Positions 16,843 to 31,982 of a stretch of DNA of 64,000 nucleotides are shown here, piece after piece; position 1 is the first letter of the stretch, and each line of letters starts with the position of its first letter. Both the position numbers and the translations under genes were made by a program. The DNA comes from Lama glama (lineage: Eukaryota): positions 97,838,001 through 97,902,000 of the forward strand of contig CM052816.1 of assembly GCA_028534125.1 (NCBI GenBank), given 5' to 3'. The notes below the pieces were generated by a model that searched no databases, was not told the origin of the DNA, and worked only from the letters and a program-made list of their open reading frames with translations.

Positions 16843-19800
16843 AAGTTCCGGCTGCGGCTTCCTTTCCTCCACCCCAGATAGCCGAGCAACGTTAAACTCA
16901 ACAGAGTGGGTGCAGGCAGCCTCCTCTCCTGCATCCTCACTCCTCCCATCCTTGGAGACACCAGAGTCTAGGAAATGAGGGGCGGCTTCCCTAGAGGTCA
17001 GAGGCCTCCTCACCTGGGGGCCTGGAGAGAGGGCACACCTTCTCCATCACACACCTTCCAACAGGAGACCGAGTGATAAAAACACACCTTGCTCCTGAGG
17101 CTCTCCAGTGTTCTCTAAAATAAACATTTAGAACCTTAGGGCTAAATGTGGACAAATAAGAGCCACGTCTATCAAAACTAAGCATTACAGTTCTTATTAT
17201 AATTTAAACACAGACTCTCTGCTACATTTACAAAACTAGGATATGATAGCTTAACAAGATGTTAGTAACAATGGTGCCTGATTAGAGCATTTTCCAAAGC
17301 AACGTGAAATGTAACTGTGGAACCGAGCGAAGACTATTCTTCCATCATCACTAAAATATACTGTTTCCCTTAATGTTTCAACATGTCTAAAATTGGGATG
17401 CATCTTTCAATTGATGGCTGAGCACCAAACCAATTCAAAATTAGGCATTTTTCTTCCTTCCTGGTACATTGCATAACAGTGTGTCCCCTTAGTTCAACTG
17501 ATCTATAGGAACCTGTCTATGTGAAGTTTGTATTTCTGACCCACAACAAAGACGATTTCAGATGGGTCGAGTTTTTGCACGTAATGGCACCTCAGATTCA
17601 AAAAATACGGGAATTAGAAGTTGACCACAAGGCACCCTGAGGAGAGCAAGAGTGACAAGGAGCACCCACTGGGGTGGGAGGCCTGCACTGTCACTTTGCA
17701 GCCATGAGGCCGAAAATGAACTCCAGAAACCTCTGAACAGCGCAGACCTCCTCCTAAGCTGAGGCCCTGTGTCCACACCAGGCGGGGCCTCAAGGGATGA
17801 TGTTTGCAGGGAGCAGAGCTCTGGCCTTGTGTGGTGGCGGCTTTAGCCTCTTCTTAAGGAGTGTCACCCACTGGGGCGTGGTGGGAAAGCCAGTTTGGCT
17901 TGCTGCCATGTGTACAAAAGGAACCCTGCAGGCAGCGGGAGGTAGGACACAGCACACCTGATGCCTGTCTCCGAGGAGTGGAATTCTGAGACACTAGCCG
18001 TGGCTGCTGGCCCATATGGGCAACTCGGATATTTAATCTGGAAGAATCTCAAACTGACACAACACAACGGAGAGAGCCCTGCACTGACGCACTTTTGGTT
18101 ATTTTAAGAGAGAGAGAAATGGTAAGACTAGAATTTTCAGTGAATTTTAGTTTTAATCATGAAACTTCTGGAGAACAAACGTCTGAAGCATGATTAAGTA
18201 GTGCACTTTTAATCTAAGTATGAAAAATAAAGTTCACGAAAAATGAGAAGAGACATTTCTAATTTACGATCGCTCTCTTGTAAGAGTCCAAACCCACTTA
18301 AAAGGTAATGACCGACTTCTCAATTGTCAGCACTTTTCCCAAGTTAACGTCTGCTTTTAGTACCAAGTATCAAGATCAGCCATGCTTAGTGTCTGTCTTG
18401 GTATCTGGTATGTGGTGGCTGTAAATACTTATGAAATCCAACTCAGCTTTTTTAAAGAGAGAAAGACAGATTATTAAATTAGAGAACCAAACTCTGCAAC
18501 TTCATAGCTAATAAAGCTATTCATGAAAACAGATGACCCATTTCAGGAGGACGGCTTTTGTCTTTAGAAGCTGAGCTGGCAGGGTGGCATGGTTCCCAAC
18601 TCTGTCAGAATCTGAACCGAAGCCAGGCAGGGCTGGCTGGTTCTGAAGGGGGTGCCCCGGGGAAGCAGCCCTGCCTCCATTACCCTGCCTCCTGGACCTG
18701 GGAGCCTCAGTGTCCAGCCCCAGGCAAAGCCGGCTCCTTCTCCCATTCCCAGCCCAGCACAATTTGCAAGTTGTCCAATGGTGACATCTTTGTACTCAAA
18801 TGAGGAAGACAGGCAGATGCGCTGCAGGAGGTAACAGACACACAAAAAAAACAAGGGACCAGAAGCGAGGACAATGAGATGTATTTAAATAAAACCGTGT
18901 GGACAGAAAAGGGGCAAAGAGAACAGGACGAGCAGTTGATGCTGGTCTCCGAGGGGGAAGCAGAGGGATGCCTGTTGCCCTACATTTAAAATCCCCACAG
19001 CTTTTTCTAAGGAGGGAGCAATGGTCAGAGGGCAGATTTCATTCCTTTTTCTTAAGGGAAAAGAAAAACCAGATGAATGAGCACAACCTCCTCCGATTCG
19101 GTTACAAAAAGCATCAGCACCCAAACCCATAAATAAGCGCTGTGCTCTACAGTGTTAACACATCCGACTTTCCCAACCACTGTCCCCACGGTCCTTGACC
19201 CCAGGGTCCTACCCTTCTGCTGACCAGGGGTTACCTTTACCTTTCACACTTGCATGACCTTGGTCAACTCCAAATGCTTGTGCAAACACACCAGAAACTG
19301 TCTTCAACTATTAATTTACTCTTACTCTCTCCCTCTCCCCCTCCCTCCAACTCTTCATAAAACCTTCAAAAGCCTTAAAAAAGTCAGTGGTTTCTCAGAA
19401 ACTGGAGCTCCCTGCCCTCAGCCCACAATGTTCACTGTCCGCATTTTTGCCAAAAACAATGGCTTGGTGAAAGTATTTGGAGTTAACTCCTAGAGTCCTA
19501 GAGCTGATCTCCATGCACGCTTTGATGCCCCACAGCAAGATGGTGGAGACGGTGGATTCAGACCCCACTCTGCCACACAGGCTGGGTCCAAGTTGGCATC
19601 TGCATCCCCACCGCCACAAGAACGGGCTGCTGAGTGCTGACCCATGCAGACAGCCGAGGAAACGACTGAATCGCTTGTTTTGGGGGTGTTTTTAAAACAG
19701 CTGTTTACTGACACAGTTAGTGAGCTAATTGTAAGTCATTTTTATTTATTTTTATTACGAGCCAATTAATATCTGTATCAACTCTTTAGAAAACCCTGAA

Positions 19801-21689
19801 TCAAATCTTCAAAGGTTAATTGCTTTTAATCTAAGTTCAAAAGCATAAGGAAACTAATTGAAACTGCACAGTAGAAAGCCTGTGGTTTCCAAGGTGTCCC
19901 CTCTTGTTGCTGATGCTCCCATCTGCCCCCCTTCAGGCCCTGCACCTCAGCCTCTGTCCCTTCCTGCAGACCTACCTGTGTACCTGTCCCTTCTCTAGAG
20001 CGGCTCTGAAGAAAGCTGTGTGGGGCTCTGAAATGTTCATGGAAGCATGAGACCCTGGGAGAAGCTGCTGCAAAGGGAAGAGCCTGAGAGCTGAGTGACA
20101 GGAGGCATGGGAGCTGGGCGGGGCTTGTGATCACGTGATTTGGATCATCCTGGGGCAGGCCCCCCTACTCCCAGGATAGGCCAAGACCAGCCCAGGGTTA
20201 AAAGAACTCAGACCAACAAAAAAGCCAGGACAGAGGGCTCTGCAGCTGAAGAATCTTCAACAGGGTAACTCTGACCCACGCAAATTCAGCTCCCAGCAAA
20301 AGCAAGCTTTCTCTCCCCTCCAGTCCTAGACCCTTCCTGGGATCAGTCACACAGTGCAGGCAGATGTCCAAGAGCCTAAACGGATGGCATGCAGAGGTGC
20401 CCCTGTGTGTCAGGGGAAATGACACTCTTCCACCCTGGCAGACCAAACCCAAGCCCACTACCAACGCCAAGCAAAGGCCCTGGGGTCACATGGAGGCCCG
20501 AGAACCACAACAATCTTCTCTTTCAGGAAAGAAAGCAAGTGGTCAGATACCAGAAGCTTACAATTAAGCCATGGCAAAGATATTTAATTTAATGCATTTC
20601 TTCTAAATCCACTGCAGAAGACAGGGCATGCTGATATGGCTTCTCTAGAGAAAACTCTGGTGAAGCAGCTGGGAGCTTCCCGCAGGTTAGGATGAAGCCA
20701 ATCCCAGCATTTCAGAAACTGACCGAACAGGTATTCAGGTGGTTAGAACTACGCAGAACTATTCCCATGCCATTTTGCGTTACAGTCCTGAGAACCACCC
20801 CATGCCACATGTACCAGCTAAAGCAACCTAGCAGGAGGCGCCCCACTCCCTTAGCAAGGTCTCAACCCATCACCGGGCAAAAATGCCAGTGAGCCTCAGT
20901 CTCCTAACACTGGTGTCCTAAGGAACCCAAAACACAACGTGGGACACCGCACCCTGGAGAAGCTGACAGTCGGGAGGGCTGCTGGGGCAAGGAGTGGCCG
21001 GAAGCACCCGGCCCAAGCCAGGTGGACTGCCTTGGGCCACCCGGCCTCGTGGGGCAGCGACAGCACAGACCAGGGTGCTCAGAGGGACCTGCGCGGCCAA
21101 GTCTGAAAGCAGGGTCCCCAGGCTCTGCTCTCCAGCCCCAGGAGCTCGATCATTTTGAGATGAAAACAGCTGTATCTTCGCTACCTCTTCAGAGGCCCCT
21201 ACACTCGATGTGAAGGTGAGCTGGATAACCTTCCGGGAAGCAGTCGTGGTGAGAGTCTGGACGACGAGCCCCGGGAAGCTCCACGACACCCACATTCCAG
21301 CCTGTTCGTCAGTCTCCCGACTAGTCTCTGCAGCAAGTCCGCTGCCTCCACTTGACAGACAGCTCCTCACGAGACAGGTGGTAGATGGCCCCAGGTCACG
21401 CCACCGGGGCTCATTCCAGAGTTGCCGCAGCTCTCAGAGTTGACGTTCAGTCACAGAACTGAGAAGTCACACCCAGGAAGTGACCCAACACGTGTGCAGA
21501 AATCTTTATAAAAACTGAAAAGCTGTGAATCTCTCTCTAGTTATTCAGGAAATAACATACATCAATACCATCTTTAAAAACTGTTTAAGAGCTTTTTAAG
21601 GCAGGGAGAATCACTTATCTGGAGATAGATTTAAACAAACAAAAATGACACATGTGACGTCTTTAAAGCTGCATTAAAAACAACACAGA

Positions 21690-21842
21690 CAGCAGAGGCG
21701 CAGCAGAGGGACGACCCTGTGAAGGGCAGCACGAGGGTGGCCGTCCGCGCGCTGAGGAGGGGCCTCAGAAGAAAGCAGCCCTGCAGACAAGCGCGTGGGC
21801 TTCCAGCCTCCAGAACCGTGAGAAAATAAACACCTGTCACTT
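21690..21842 (+). mobile_element. MaLR LTR fragment (MLT1A/B-like)
   Basis: ggcctcagaagaaa...cttccagcctccagaaccgtgagaaaataaa. Confidence 0.75.
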
Positions 21843-24800
21843 AAAAAAATAATAATAACAGATAGAAACATGCTTAACAACAGGAAGATTATGGGTAGTT
21901 TCTTTTCTGTTATTTCCCAAGTTTTTTCAGTAAGTACATTATTGCTCTTATAATCATGTCCCAAAAAAGTGGCTTCATTTCAGCTTTACTGGCACTGACT
22001 TTACTGCCAAGGTCAAAGGGCAGATATCGCTGTGCTTAAGTCTTACGACTCCAGTCACCTTAGGTCTTTACATTCAGGCCAAACTCAAGTGGGCTTTCCC
22101 TTCTGGCTTGGCCTGTGCCTGGCATCCTGGGGTCCAGGGAACTACTCCTGTGACTCTGCTCAGTTCCAAGGTCGAGCAAGGCTTAAAGGCCTCTCCAGCT
22201 CCAAAGTTCTGGTTCTACTGCCACCCCAAGTCACTGGTTTAGCATATATCCCCTCAAAAGACAGGGCTCCTAAAAAAGCTACCACACAATTCCAGGAGAA
22301 CCTCCACAGATGTGGATGATTGAACCTAGGGGCGACCTGCGAGGAAGGGGGTGTTCAAGTACCCCCACCCTCTCCAGACGGACCACACTAGGTCCAGCTA
22401 ACAGGCCTTCTCCACTGTCCCAGCTCCCACCAAAGCCACTGCTGCCAGAGGGCTGTGTTGAGGAGTCTGAGACTATACTCAGACTTAAAAAGAAACTGTT
22501 AACATTAATTACTGACACTGTCATATCACCATTCTCATTATGACAGTAAGGAGCTGACGTGTACCACTGCCGGCCCTGCCCAGCCACCGCATGATGCGCT
22601 TCCCTGAGTACGATCCTGGTAACCACCATCACCTCCCTGTTCCACAGATGCCTGGGAGGTTACACAGCCAGCTAGAGCCTCCCGTCTGGCGTGAAACTCC
22701 CTGGCATGGACCACTACAGTGTGTCTCTGCTCACACTCAAAGCACTCCCGGGAGCCTCGACTTCCCATCCCTGCCCCTCTCCGTTTGCTGCCTGCTGACC
22801 TCTGGGACCTCAGCGCCACCTCCACCGCCTTAGGTGCTCCTTGCCTGGCCTTGGCCATTCAGTAGCAACATTAGACATGCACAGCTTCTCCCTAGAGACG
22901 CTGTCCTGGTGGGACAAGTTGTCCTAGAGACCCTCAGGGCAGGAAAGCCCACGTAATGCACCTGACCGAGGACGTGCCAATCACCTTCCACGTCACCAAA
23001 TGGGAAAAGCACTCAGTGACCCCGTGTCTAGTTCCGTGGGCACATGACCACAGCGGGTACTCATCACCCACCGGGTACCAGTGTGCTGTGGCCACCTGAG
23101 AGCCAGGTCTACCCCACACGCCAGGGCGTCAGCCTATATGGGTGGGGAGTCTACTGTAACCAAAGCACACTTAACTTCCTTGTAGCCAATATGCGCACAT
23201 CTATCAAAGCAAAGTTTGATTTGTAACATCTGAAGAATAAAAACCAATGTAACTTTTAATTATCAAATGTTTACTTCTCATTCAATCAGCAGGAATGTCT
23301 CCGTCCAGTTTAAAGGAAGAAATAACTCAGTTGTATGGATGTTGCTCGGCATGAACCAGACACGTCCAGCCCCTCCAGTCTCAGGAGGGAGAGGGGCTCC
23401 GGGATCTGGCTCCAGGAGGTAGGAAATTCCCAGGGCCCCACCAAGGTGACCAAAAAAAAAAAAAAACCTAAGATAAAGGAAAATACAACAGTGCTGGAAA
23501 AGTACCAAAAATACACAGGGAGGGAAGGAGGAAGGGCAACGCATAGAATTTAATGGACCCAAAGGTTTAAGTCTATATATTGAAGCAGAGAAAGCAGATT
23601 CGAGTCATCATTCTGCAGTGACTCACCGCCAACCAACGGCGCAGCAGGCAAGGCTCTGGCCTGGGCTAGACTGAGCAAGACGAAGTAAGTCAGCCCTTCA
23701 TGCTGGCTGAGTTGGGTTGGGGGGCATGGAGAAAGCAGTAAAGTGAAACACGAGACTAAACCCAATGTAGAGCACACACTGCAGAGATTCCAAATGGTGG
23801 CCAGGACCATCTTCATGGTGACTTTGTGTTGGGTGGCTGGGAATGGCCTCCCAAGAGCTGCTACTAGAGCCAAGACAGAGGGGCAAGAAGGAACCAGATG
23901 TGCAAAGATCGGGAGACGACCCTGGAGACTGGAGGAACTGAGAGCAAGCCAGCATGGCCTGGAGAACAGGGGGAGCTCGAGTCTGTGACATCAGCAGTGA
24001 GGGTCGTCTGTCCTCTGTTGGGCCGACTTTAGAGCAAATGATCACCAGGCTTTTGAGGAAACCCAATGGCATTAAAGGACTGGATCAGAAGAGCTGGGCC
24101 TTGAGCAGGCTGAACTAACTCCAGGTCCCCACAAAAGGCCCACTGACTCACCCTCAGAGTCTCTCCACCCGGAGGACCAGCAGGTCCCAGACGGGTCAGC
24201 CAAAGACACAACGTGCCCTCTCCACCTGCAGCCTGGGCTGAAAGGGAAAGCTCCCAGGAGGTGGCTCGGTCAGAGCACACCCACAGCATCAGCAGAGACG
24301 GCCGGGAGGTCTGCCGGGCAGGGACGACCACCCTGGGAACAAGTCACAGCAGAAAAAAGAGGCGAGCCCAGTTCACAATGAAGACAACCGCCCCAGGACA
24401 GGAGGAGACACAGGCTGGGATGAGGAAAACCCACTACAGTGCCCTGTGCCACAGAAAACCCTGGGAAGAACATGCCAGTAAACACGGGGCTAGGAGAGGG
24501 TGGGGAGCAGCAGGCGGAGACAGGGAAGCCTGAGAAAGGCCCTTTACAGAAGATGGACAGAGAGGAAAATGAGGGTGAGTCACGCCATCCAAGTGGAGAA
24601 GGTGGAAGACTCCCACCAGCAGGAAGATGAATCAGGGACAACTCAAAGAACTGACAGAAGACCAGCCCCAAAGACAAGGCAGAGCCCGGTCTGCGGGCCG
24701 AAAGGGGGCTGCGGTCCAGGAAGACCCGACGCAGGGCTGACACAGACGCGGCAGGAAGGACCTGACTCATCCAAAGGCAGAGACGACGGGGAGCAGACCG

Positions 24801-25299
24801 AGGCTCCGCAGCGGACACCTGCGAGTCCGGCGCAAGGCAGGCTGCGGGGACCGGCCCCAGCCAGCGCTCCTTTAAGGACCTGACTGCTCAGCACACGCAG
24901 CCAAGAGACGGGGCGCTGCTCGGCCGTGCAGGCCTGCTGGGTGCGCCTGAGGGCCGCCTGCACCCCGGGGACCTGCGACCTGCAGCCCGGAGCCAGGGGA
25001 GCACCACCTGCCCGGCGTGAGGGGGCAAAGCCGCCCCTGTAAAGCACATGAAGGAAAAGGACGGTGCCACACCCTCTGCCGGGAAGATGTGCCCTCAGCG
25101 AAGTCCAGCAGAAACATGGCCACATTGAGCACGTGGAGAGCTGAAGGGCCCCGTGACAGCCCTGGAGGTGAGCACGAAGCCTGCAAACACAGAACCAGGA
25201 TGAACCCACCGCAAACTGCGGAGTCCTGGGCTGAGGCGGGACCGCAAGGTGGTCAGAGTCGCCCGGCTGCTTTCAGTTACAAAACCTGGCGGGGCCATC

Positions 25300-25462
25300 A
25301 GCTGCTCTGGGCCCTCAGTTTCCTCATGTGAGACAAGAAGATGCTGATGGCGCCCCCACCGTCCCCACGTGGTGTCGTCAGGGGGTTCTAATGAATCCAG
25401 ACAAAGGACTCAGAATGGGGCCTGCACTCAGTTAAGAGCACAGTAAGTGGTAGTGATTATAA
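25300..25462 (+). mobile_element. MIR fragment
   Basis: cctcagtttcctcatgtga core and gcacagtaagtggtag 3' part. Confidence 0.6.
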
Positions 25463-25566
25463 TTACAGGATGAAATACAGGGGCTTTACTCACGGTGACA
25501 AACCACACAACACACATCAGGAGGTGAGAGGACACCTCCTAACATAAACAGTGTTATAAAGGGCAA

Positions 25567-25775
25567 TCTTAGGCGGCTTGGGCTGCTGAAACGGGACACC
25601 ACAGACTGGACGCCTAGAATACATTTACTTCTCACAGTTCCGGAAGCTAGAAGTCCAAGATCAGGGTTCCGGCATGACTGGGTCACGGCCAGACCCTCTT
25701 CCTGGCTTGTAGTTAGTCTCCTGTGAATCTTCGAGAGGGACACAAACTCCTCAGACAGATTCATCACCCACTTTT
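25567..25775 (-). mobile_element. MaLR LTR fragment (MLT1A-like)
   Basis: caccacagactgg...ttctcacagttccggaagctagaagtccaagatcagg. Confidence 0.75.
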
Positions 25776-27174
25776 TCCCATGAGATAACTTACAACAATA
25801 CTTGAGAATTTCTCTTTACTTCACAAGCCATTCAACATATCCTCTTTTCTAGTTCAGTCATCATTTCAGAGATATACTTCAATTTTTTTAATCTGTTTGC
25901 CTAAATTCAGAAAAGATGCCAATAATAAAATACTCATGATTGCGCTGCACTAAGGCTCCCATCTCCGCCAATTCACCAAGTTCTTGTTTCTGGCTCTTAA
26001 TTCAGGTGCACCAACTCCCTTCCCAGGGAGGCAGTGGGGAAGCACATGGGCTTTCTGACAAGTAGGCAGGCATTGAGGCTCCAGTCCTTCTAGTTTACAG
26101 TTGCACCGGAGGCAAAATGCTTCATATACCGACTGCATTAACTTCTCCTGAAACTGAGTTACTGTCAAGAAGCACCGGGAGAATGCAGATCTGCACCGAA
26201 GGCACCGCCTGCCACTAAGGAGACCGCCAGTGGACTTGCTAGTCCTGCTTTCTGGTCTTTCAATTGTCTTCGAGAAACTCAGTCAACAGTTCATCAAATG
26301 CTCCATTTTTCATAAGCTGTGACTTCTAAGAATTATCCAGATGCTAGGAGTACTGCTGCCTCCACCACGACTTCCCCCCAGGCCGTCTGGAGTGTCTGGG
26401 AAAAGTGTGAACTTGGTCCCGATCCTCCCCAGTGCTCCCTCCCCCACCTTGTATGTCATCGGTCACAAGGCTGTCAAGTCAAAGTCCTCAGGGGAGGACC
26501 TAGGCCCTTCCTCCCCCAGTCTGCTCTTTCTCTTCAAGAAAGCAAAACAGCAAATGGCCCTCAAAGAGACACCAAACCATGTCAGGCCCGTGTCCTGGGG
26601 ACGTCTTCTTCATTTACCTCTGTCTGCAATTCCCCAATGTCAGAGCTAGTCTGACATTTCCAAGTGCAGCATCTTTGGCCAGATCACATTAGCCTGTCCA
26701 GGCTTTGGTTTTGTCTGCAGGCCAGGCGTAATATTACCCATTTCACGGGCCTCCTCTGAGAACTGAGGGAGGAAACTCGGGCAGGGAGCCGAGGCCCACA
26801 TCGTGGGCCCGAATGGCTGCTGCTAACCCAGGAGACTGCCCAGCAGGAAGAGACTGGATTCTGTCACCAGCCCCATGTGCAGACGGCCTGCTGGACCCAA
26901 CGCCCCAGCCGTCAAGACTGCTCCGCGGTGTTCTCTGCTAGGAACCCATTTCACACTTTGTGTGTTCCTGAAACAGCAGCCCTTGGAAAAGGAGTTTACA
27001 CTGGAAACTCAAAAATATAATTTCTAGAGCTTTCCAGGGGTAACTTGCTGAGTAACACAGCTTCTGCTGTTGTTTGATTTTGGATAAATGTGGGCAGCAG
27101 TTACTGAATCAAACACTATGTTTCGAAAGTTACTGCTGTTCAGAGCTGACCAAACACAAGAACATTTGAATCTG

Positions 27175-27331
27175 AACTAAAATTAAATACAACTGAAATC
27201 CAGGTCCTCAGTCGCATCAGTCTCATGGTAAGTGCTCAGGGGCCACGCATGGCTGGCGGCTACTGCACGGAACAGCACAGAGCCAGAATCCCTCCGTCCT
27301 CACGGCACGTGGACCAGACGGCACTGCTCTA
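27175..27331. mobile_element. MER3-like hAT MITE
   Basis: cctcagtcgca...aagtgctca...gccacgcatggctggcggctac...cactgctctag. Confidence 0.65.
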
Positions 27332-28832
27332 GGCCTGACGTCCCCAGGCCCTGGCCTTCCATTTTCTGCACTGTATACAGAACGTGTGCTAGAAGCTGCA
27401 AAGAGCACAGAGTTAACATGACACCCACTCCCCGACCCTGTGCACAGAGCAAAACCAGAACCCCAAAGAGCTTTAGGCAAGTTACACAGGGCAGAGCCCG
27501 CACCGCTGATAAAATACAGCAGGAGAACCCCGAGAGCTGTGTGAAGACAAAAGTCTTGCTTAAAACCTAGAGAACACACGACTCAGGCATTGTTTAAGCC
27601 TTAAAAAGTAGAAACGTATGTCTTGGCTCAAAGGGAGAAAGAATTTCCAGAGCATCAGGTGTGTTTCCAGCCGTGCCCATCGCTTCTCTGAATTAGTCTC
27701 CAGCAGTCTCTCCAAGAGAAAAGTTTTGGCCTGAGAAAGTCGTCTGTGTCCAGCTGGCAATAAGAACTATTTAATTTTTGGTTTCGATTTCATCAGAGAA
27801 GAGAAAAGGAAAGGAGCAGCCTTTCTAACCCCACACACGGCAACTCATACGGGGTCCACATCTCCATACCCCCTGGGGGGTGGACACAGGCCCACTTCAC
27901 AGGTCTGGAAACTGAGGCTCACAAGTCAGAATCCACAATGAAATCAGCCAAATCCAGAGCCGGGAACTAACCAAGCAAGCTCAAGGCCACGCACATGCCT
28001 CTAGATGCTGGGAAGCGGATTCAAGCGGTAAAAAGCAAAAAAACACAAATAATTTGACTCTTCATTTCCCTTTAACTCCTGCATCCCAGCCATTCCTTCA
28101 CTTTTCCAGGATTCTGGAAATGTGAGGATCACCTGAAGTCTCTTCAGACATGGATATAAACCACCTACATCCCCATGTTATCCACTTAGGAAATTAATTC
28201 TGATCTTAAACCACAGAGAGCGCCTAAGTGCTAAATGTGTAAAACAGCTGATTTGGGAATTAAAAAGAGTACAAACCCACAATAAAAAGGCATGTTGCTG
28301 ATAACCAAAGCCACTCCCTGCCAAAGGGAACCTCAGAGCTGCGAGGATGTGGAGAAGGAAAAGCTTCTGCCCGGAGGCGCCCAGGCCAGGGCGGGGTCCA
28401 GCCTCTGCCCCCTCCTCGCGGCCAGCAAAGGGAACACAGGCCTCCAAAGGCCAGGACAGGCGTGACCAGCTCACAGGACACTCTCCAATTACCAAGTTTT
28501 CTAACTTTTCACATTAGGTATTAATTTTTTTTAAAAAAAAAAGGCCAGTTAAAACTATATGGAGATGCCTTTCAAACAATGTTTAGAATTTTTCTGAACG
28601 TCTTCTGCTTTTACATTCTGTATTATACAAAACCGATTTAACCACACTCTTCAGGAAGGCAGGCAGATACACTGCAGTAGATTTTACTTTATTCTACATT
28701 TGAAAAACTTCAGAGTCGGCAATCAAATCTTTAGAAATTCTAAGACAAACAGCAAAAGGTATTTTTAGCATTTGGTTTATTTGAACGCTGTAGACTTGCC
28801 ACACCTCCCCTGCTCCTCGAAGCTGGCAGATC

Positions 28833-28836
<4 letters not shown>

Positions 28837-28866
<30 letters not shown>
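28837..28866. repeat. (CT)15 microsatellite in intron 1
   Basis: Direct count. Confidence 0.95.
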
Positions 28867-28871
<5 letters not shown>

Positions 28872-29528
28872 TTACTCTCGCCCGCCAGTACCGGCTCGGC
28901 ACTGGGAACACAGGCTAGGACGTGGCCCTGCCTTCCCCGAACAGACACCAGAGAGCAGTGATCCGTTCTTAAGAGCAGCAGTTTAACTGCACAGGCAGGG
29001 ATGGGGCTCTGAAGCGGGGGTTCTGGGCAAGATGCCACTCCCATCAACCTGGGCTGAGGACAGCGGGGTGGGGCCTTTTGCAAAGCCAGGATGAACTGTT
29101 GTGTGCCCACATGTTTGGACTCCAGAAGCAACCTGGGTGAGTCACCAACCAGCCTCCCACAGCACAGAAACGGCACCTTCCCTAAGCAGGCCAAGGCAAG
29201 ACCCCTCACGAACAGGACTATCAGACCACCGTAATCTTCATATACTCACTCACGTGCCTTTCATGGGAACTTTTCTCAGATGACATGTTTTAAGAACAGC
29301 TCACATGAGAGAGGCACAGAAAGGCACTCACGGTCATGATCACTCTGGTCACCCTGAGTTCAATGGTGATGACACAGCCGGGGGACAGACAGAACCAGCT
29401 ATCTGCAAGAGACATCGTGATGGGCTGGAGTCCAGTCAAAAGAAAGAAGTGTTGGGGGGAAAAACCCACAACCTCCTCAGTATCTGCTTCCCACAGCAGG
29501 GAAGTCTACCTACAGGAGGACACCTGCA

Positions 29529-30072
29529 TGTGCAGCCAGCAGCCTCCAGAAGATTCCATACCCTGATCCCCAGAATCTGTGGCCACGATGAAATCATCGC
29601 CAGTCCTGAGGATCGTGCTGTATCACTGCGCGCCCTTAACGCAGCCAACCAGGCGCGCCTGACCCAACTACGCGAGCCCTTACGGCAGGCTTCCTCCAGC
29701 TGGCAGAGACAGAGAGGTTCAAAGCGCTGTTGCCGCTTTGAGGATGGAAGGTTCTCGAGCCAAGGGATGCAGGTGGCTTTAAGGAACTGAGAGAGGCCCC
29801 AGCTGGCTGCCAACAAGAAATCAGGGACCTCAATCCTAAAACCACGTGGAGCTGCATTATGCCAGTAACAAGAGCGTCCTCACAAGAGGACCCTGAGCTC
29901 CAGCAGAAAACACAGTGGCCAATGCCTGACTTTAGCCTGGTGGGTGCCTGAGCAGAGACCCCTGCCCCACCCCGACCTCCGACCCACAGAAACTGTGAGA
30001 CAATCCATCAGTGCTGTCCTAAAGTCACTGAATCTGTAGACACTGGTGGCACAGCAGAGGCAAACTAGTGCA
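29529..30072 (+). mobile_element. MaLR LTR (MLT1D/E-like)
   Basis: ccctgatccccagaatctgt...ctttgaggatggaagg...gggacctcaatcc...cccacagaaactgtgagac. Confidence 0.75.
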
Positions 30073-31982
30073 GCCGGGAGGCCTTAGAGTGAGACATTTA
30101 ACTTGAAGTGCGAATCCCAGGCTGTCCGGGAGACGCCCCCGACCCCCTCGCTGGGAGGCCCACTCGCGGCGCGGGCATCTGCCCCGAGCACAAGACCAGC
30201 TGTCTGCCTGTCCTCAGGGGCCGCACTCACTCAGCCGCTTTCCAAGAGGGACCCTGACAAGCTGACCAGAGTCTTCCAGACGGGCCTCTCCACAGCCACT
30301 GGCCAGGGGCCGCTTCTGCCTGACACTGTGGCGATTTCCAGGTGGCAATCTCCCACGAACCTAGGTAGTATGACCCAGTCACTCCTCTCCCGTTAGCCTA
30401 CGTTCTGGCTGTGTCATCAAAGTCAAGATCATAGGTTTCTGTTTGTTCTCTACAACCCTCTTTTACTCCACAACCAAAAAATCAAATCCTAAACCGTGAT
30501 GACCTCACCAAGGCACAAAGTCTCAGTTTCAAGAAAACTGTTATCTCCCTTCCGTTTACATGAGTGCGTTTAAAATGGAACCAAAATTTCACATTAAATA
30601 GTGACCAAAAGAAGGCCTGAGATTTTACCTTGAGAAACAAATCTTAAAATTATGAAAAATTTTACTTTAAAACATTCCCTTAAAAATTGCTCTTAAAAGT
30701 ATTAAATCACAACCCTATGTTACTCCTAAGCAGCAGCAAACGGCACGGCCTTGGCACTGTTTTTTGGTCGTGAGCTCACAGCGGCAGAGGGGCTGCTTTT
30801 ACCCAGCCCTGACCTCCACACCAAAAGCATTAAGGAGGCCATTTTTTGCAAAAATCATTTGAGGGGCCCATTCTTTCAAAGCCCCCAGCATCTGCCAGCC
30901 TACTGAAAACTCTGACCCTCCACTTCCAGAGCCTGTCCTGTCCTCTCTTCCCCCTCCTCCTCCACGGCAGCCTCGTCCCCAAGTGTTGTCCTAACGTTTC
31001 CCGTCCTCCTTTACTGGTGACCAGGCATCACTTATCCCAACTTTGTCACAGCCAGCATCTTGCACCAGATTTTCAATTTCACCTTGTAGAGAGAGTGGCT
31101 GTGGTGCGATGGGCGGGAACTGCGATGCTACTATTAAGCGGGAGGAGTGGGAGTGGGAGCTGGTCACAGTCAGCGCAGCAGCAAATCCATGCACAGTGCA
31201 ATCAGCTGTTTCCTCTACAAACCCACACCCCCGGGGTCTCTGAGGGTGCGCACTCGGGAAAGAAGGCCCGTGTGTGCCACCAACGCCTTCCAAGACAGAT
31301 CTCACAATAACGTCTCCCAGACATCCCAGGATGTCACAGGGCGAGACTGGAACAAGACAAAGGCTACAAGAGTCATGACAGCCATGGCCTTCACCTGGGC
31401 CCCCAAGGACATGCCAGGAGGTCATTCATGCTAAGTCAGTTTGGAGCTGAGAGGGAGAGGAAGGAGCCTGAATCTTCTCCAGGCGCTGACTCTCAGGAGA
31501 AAGGAGGGAACCGGAACACATGTGGAGTCAGAAAGAACCCTGCGGGCGTGGCTGACCATTCCTACAAACGACATCTGTCCACTTCTCACAGATTTCAGAC
31601 CAAGTGAATTTTGTTTGGAGAAACAGGTGTTAAAAAATGGAATGTCGTCAAGGGATCTGCAGAGAGAACACTGCATGTCACTCTGCACAGGCGGGCAGGC
31701 CTGAGAGGGCAAAGCCCAAACTGAAGCCTGGACAAGCCTGGTTCACAGGCGTCCACCAGGTGCTGGGTTCTTCCTCATTTGAGTACATTCTTCCAGGGAC
31801 CTACCTGATCTACTACAGCACCAGAAAGGACGTGGCGGAGTATCTGAGGCCCACGTCCCTACCCTCACTTATGCAGGACTGTTCTTCGCCTTTAAACTGA
31901 GAAGAGTCCCAAAGGTGTTAGACTGACCAGGGCAGGGCGACAAGGGCCAGGAGGTGAGGGCAGGTCAAAGTGGCAGCAGCCA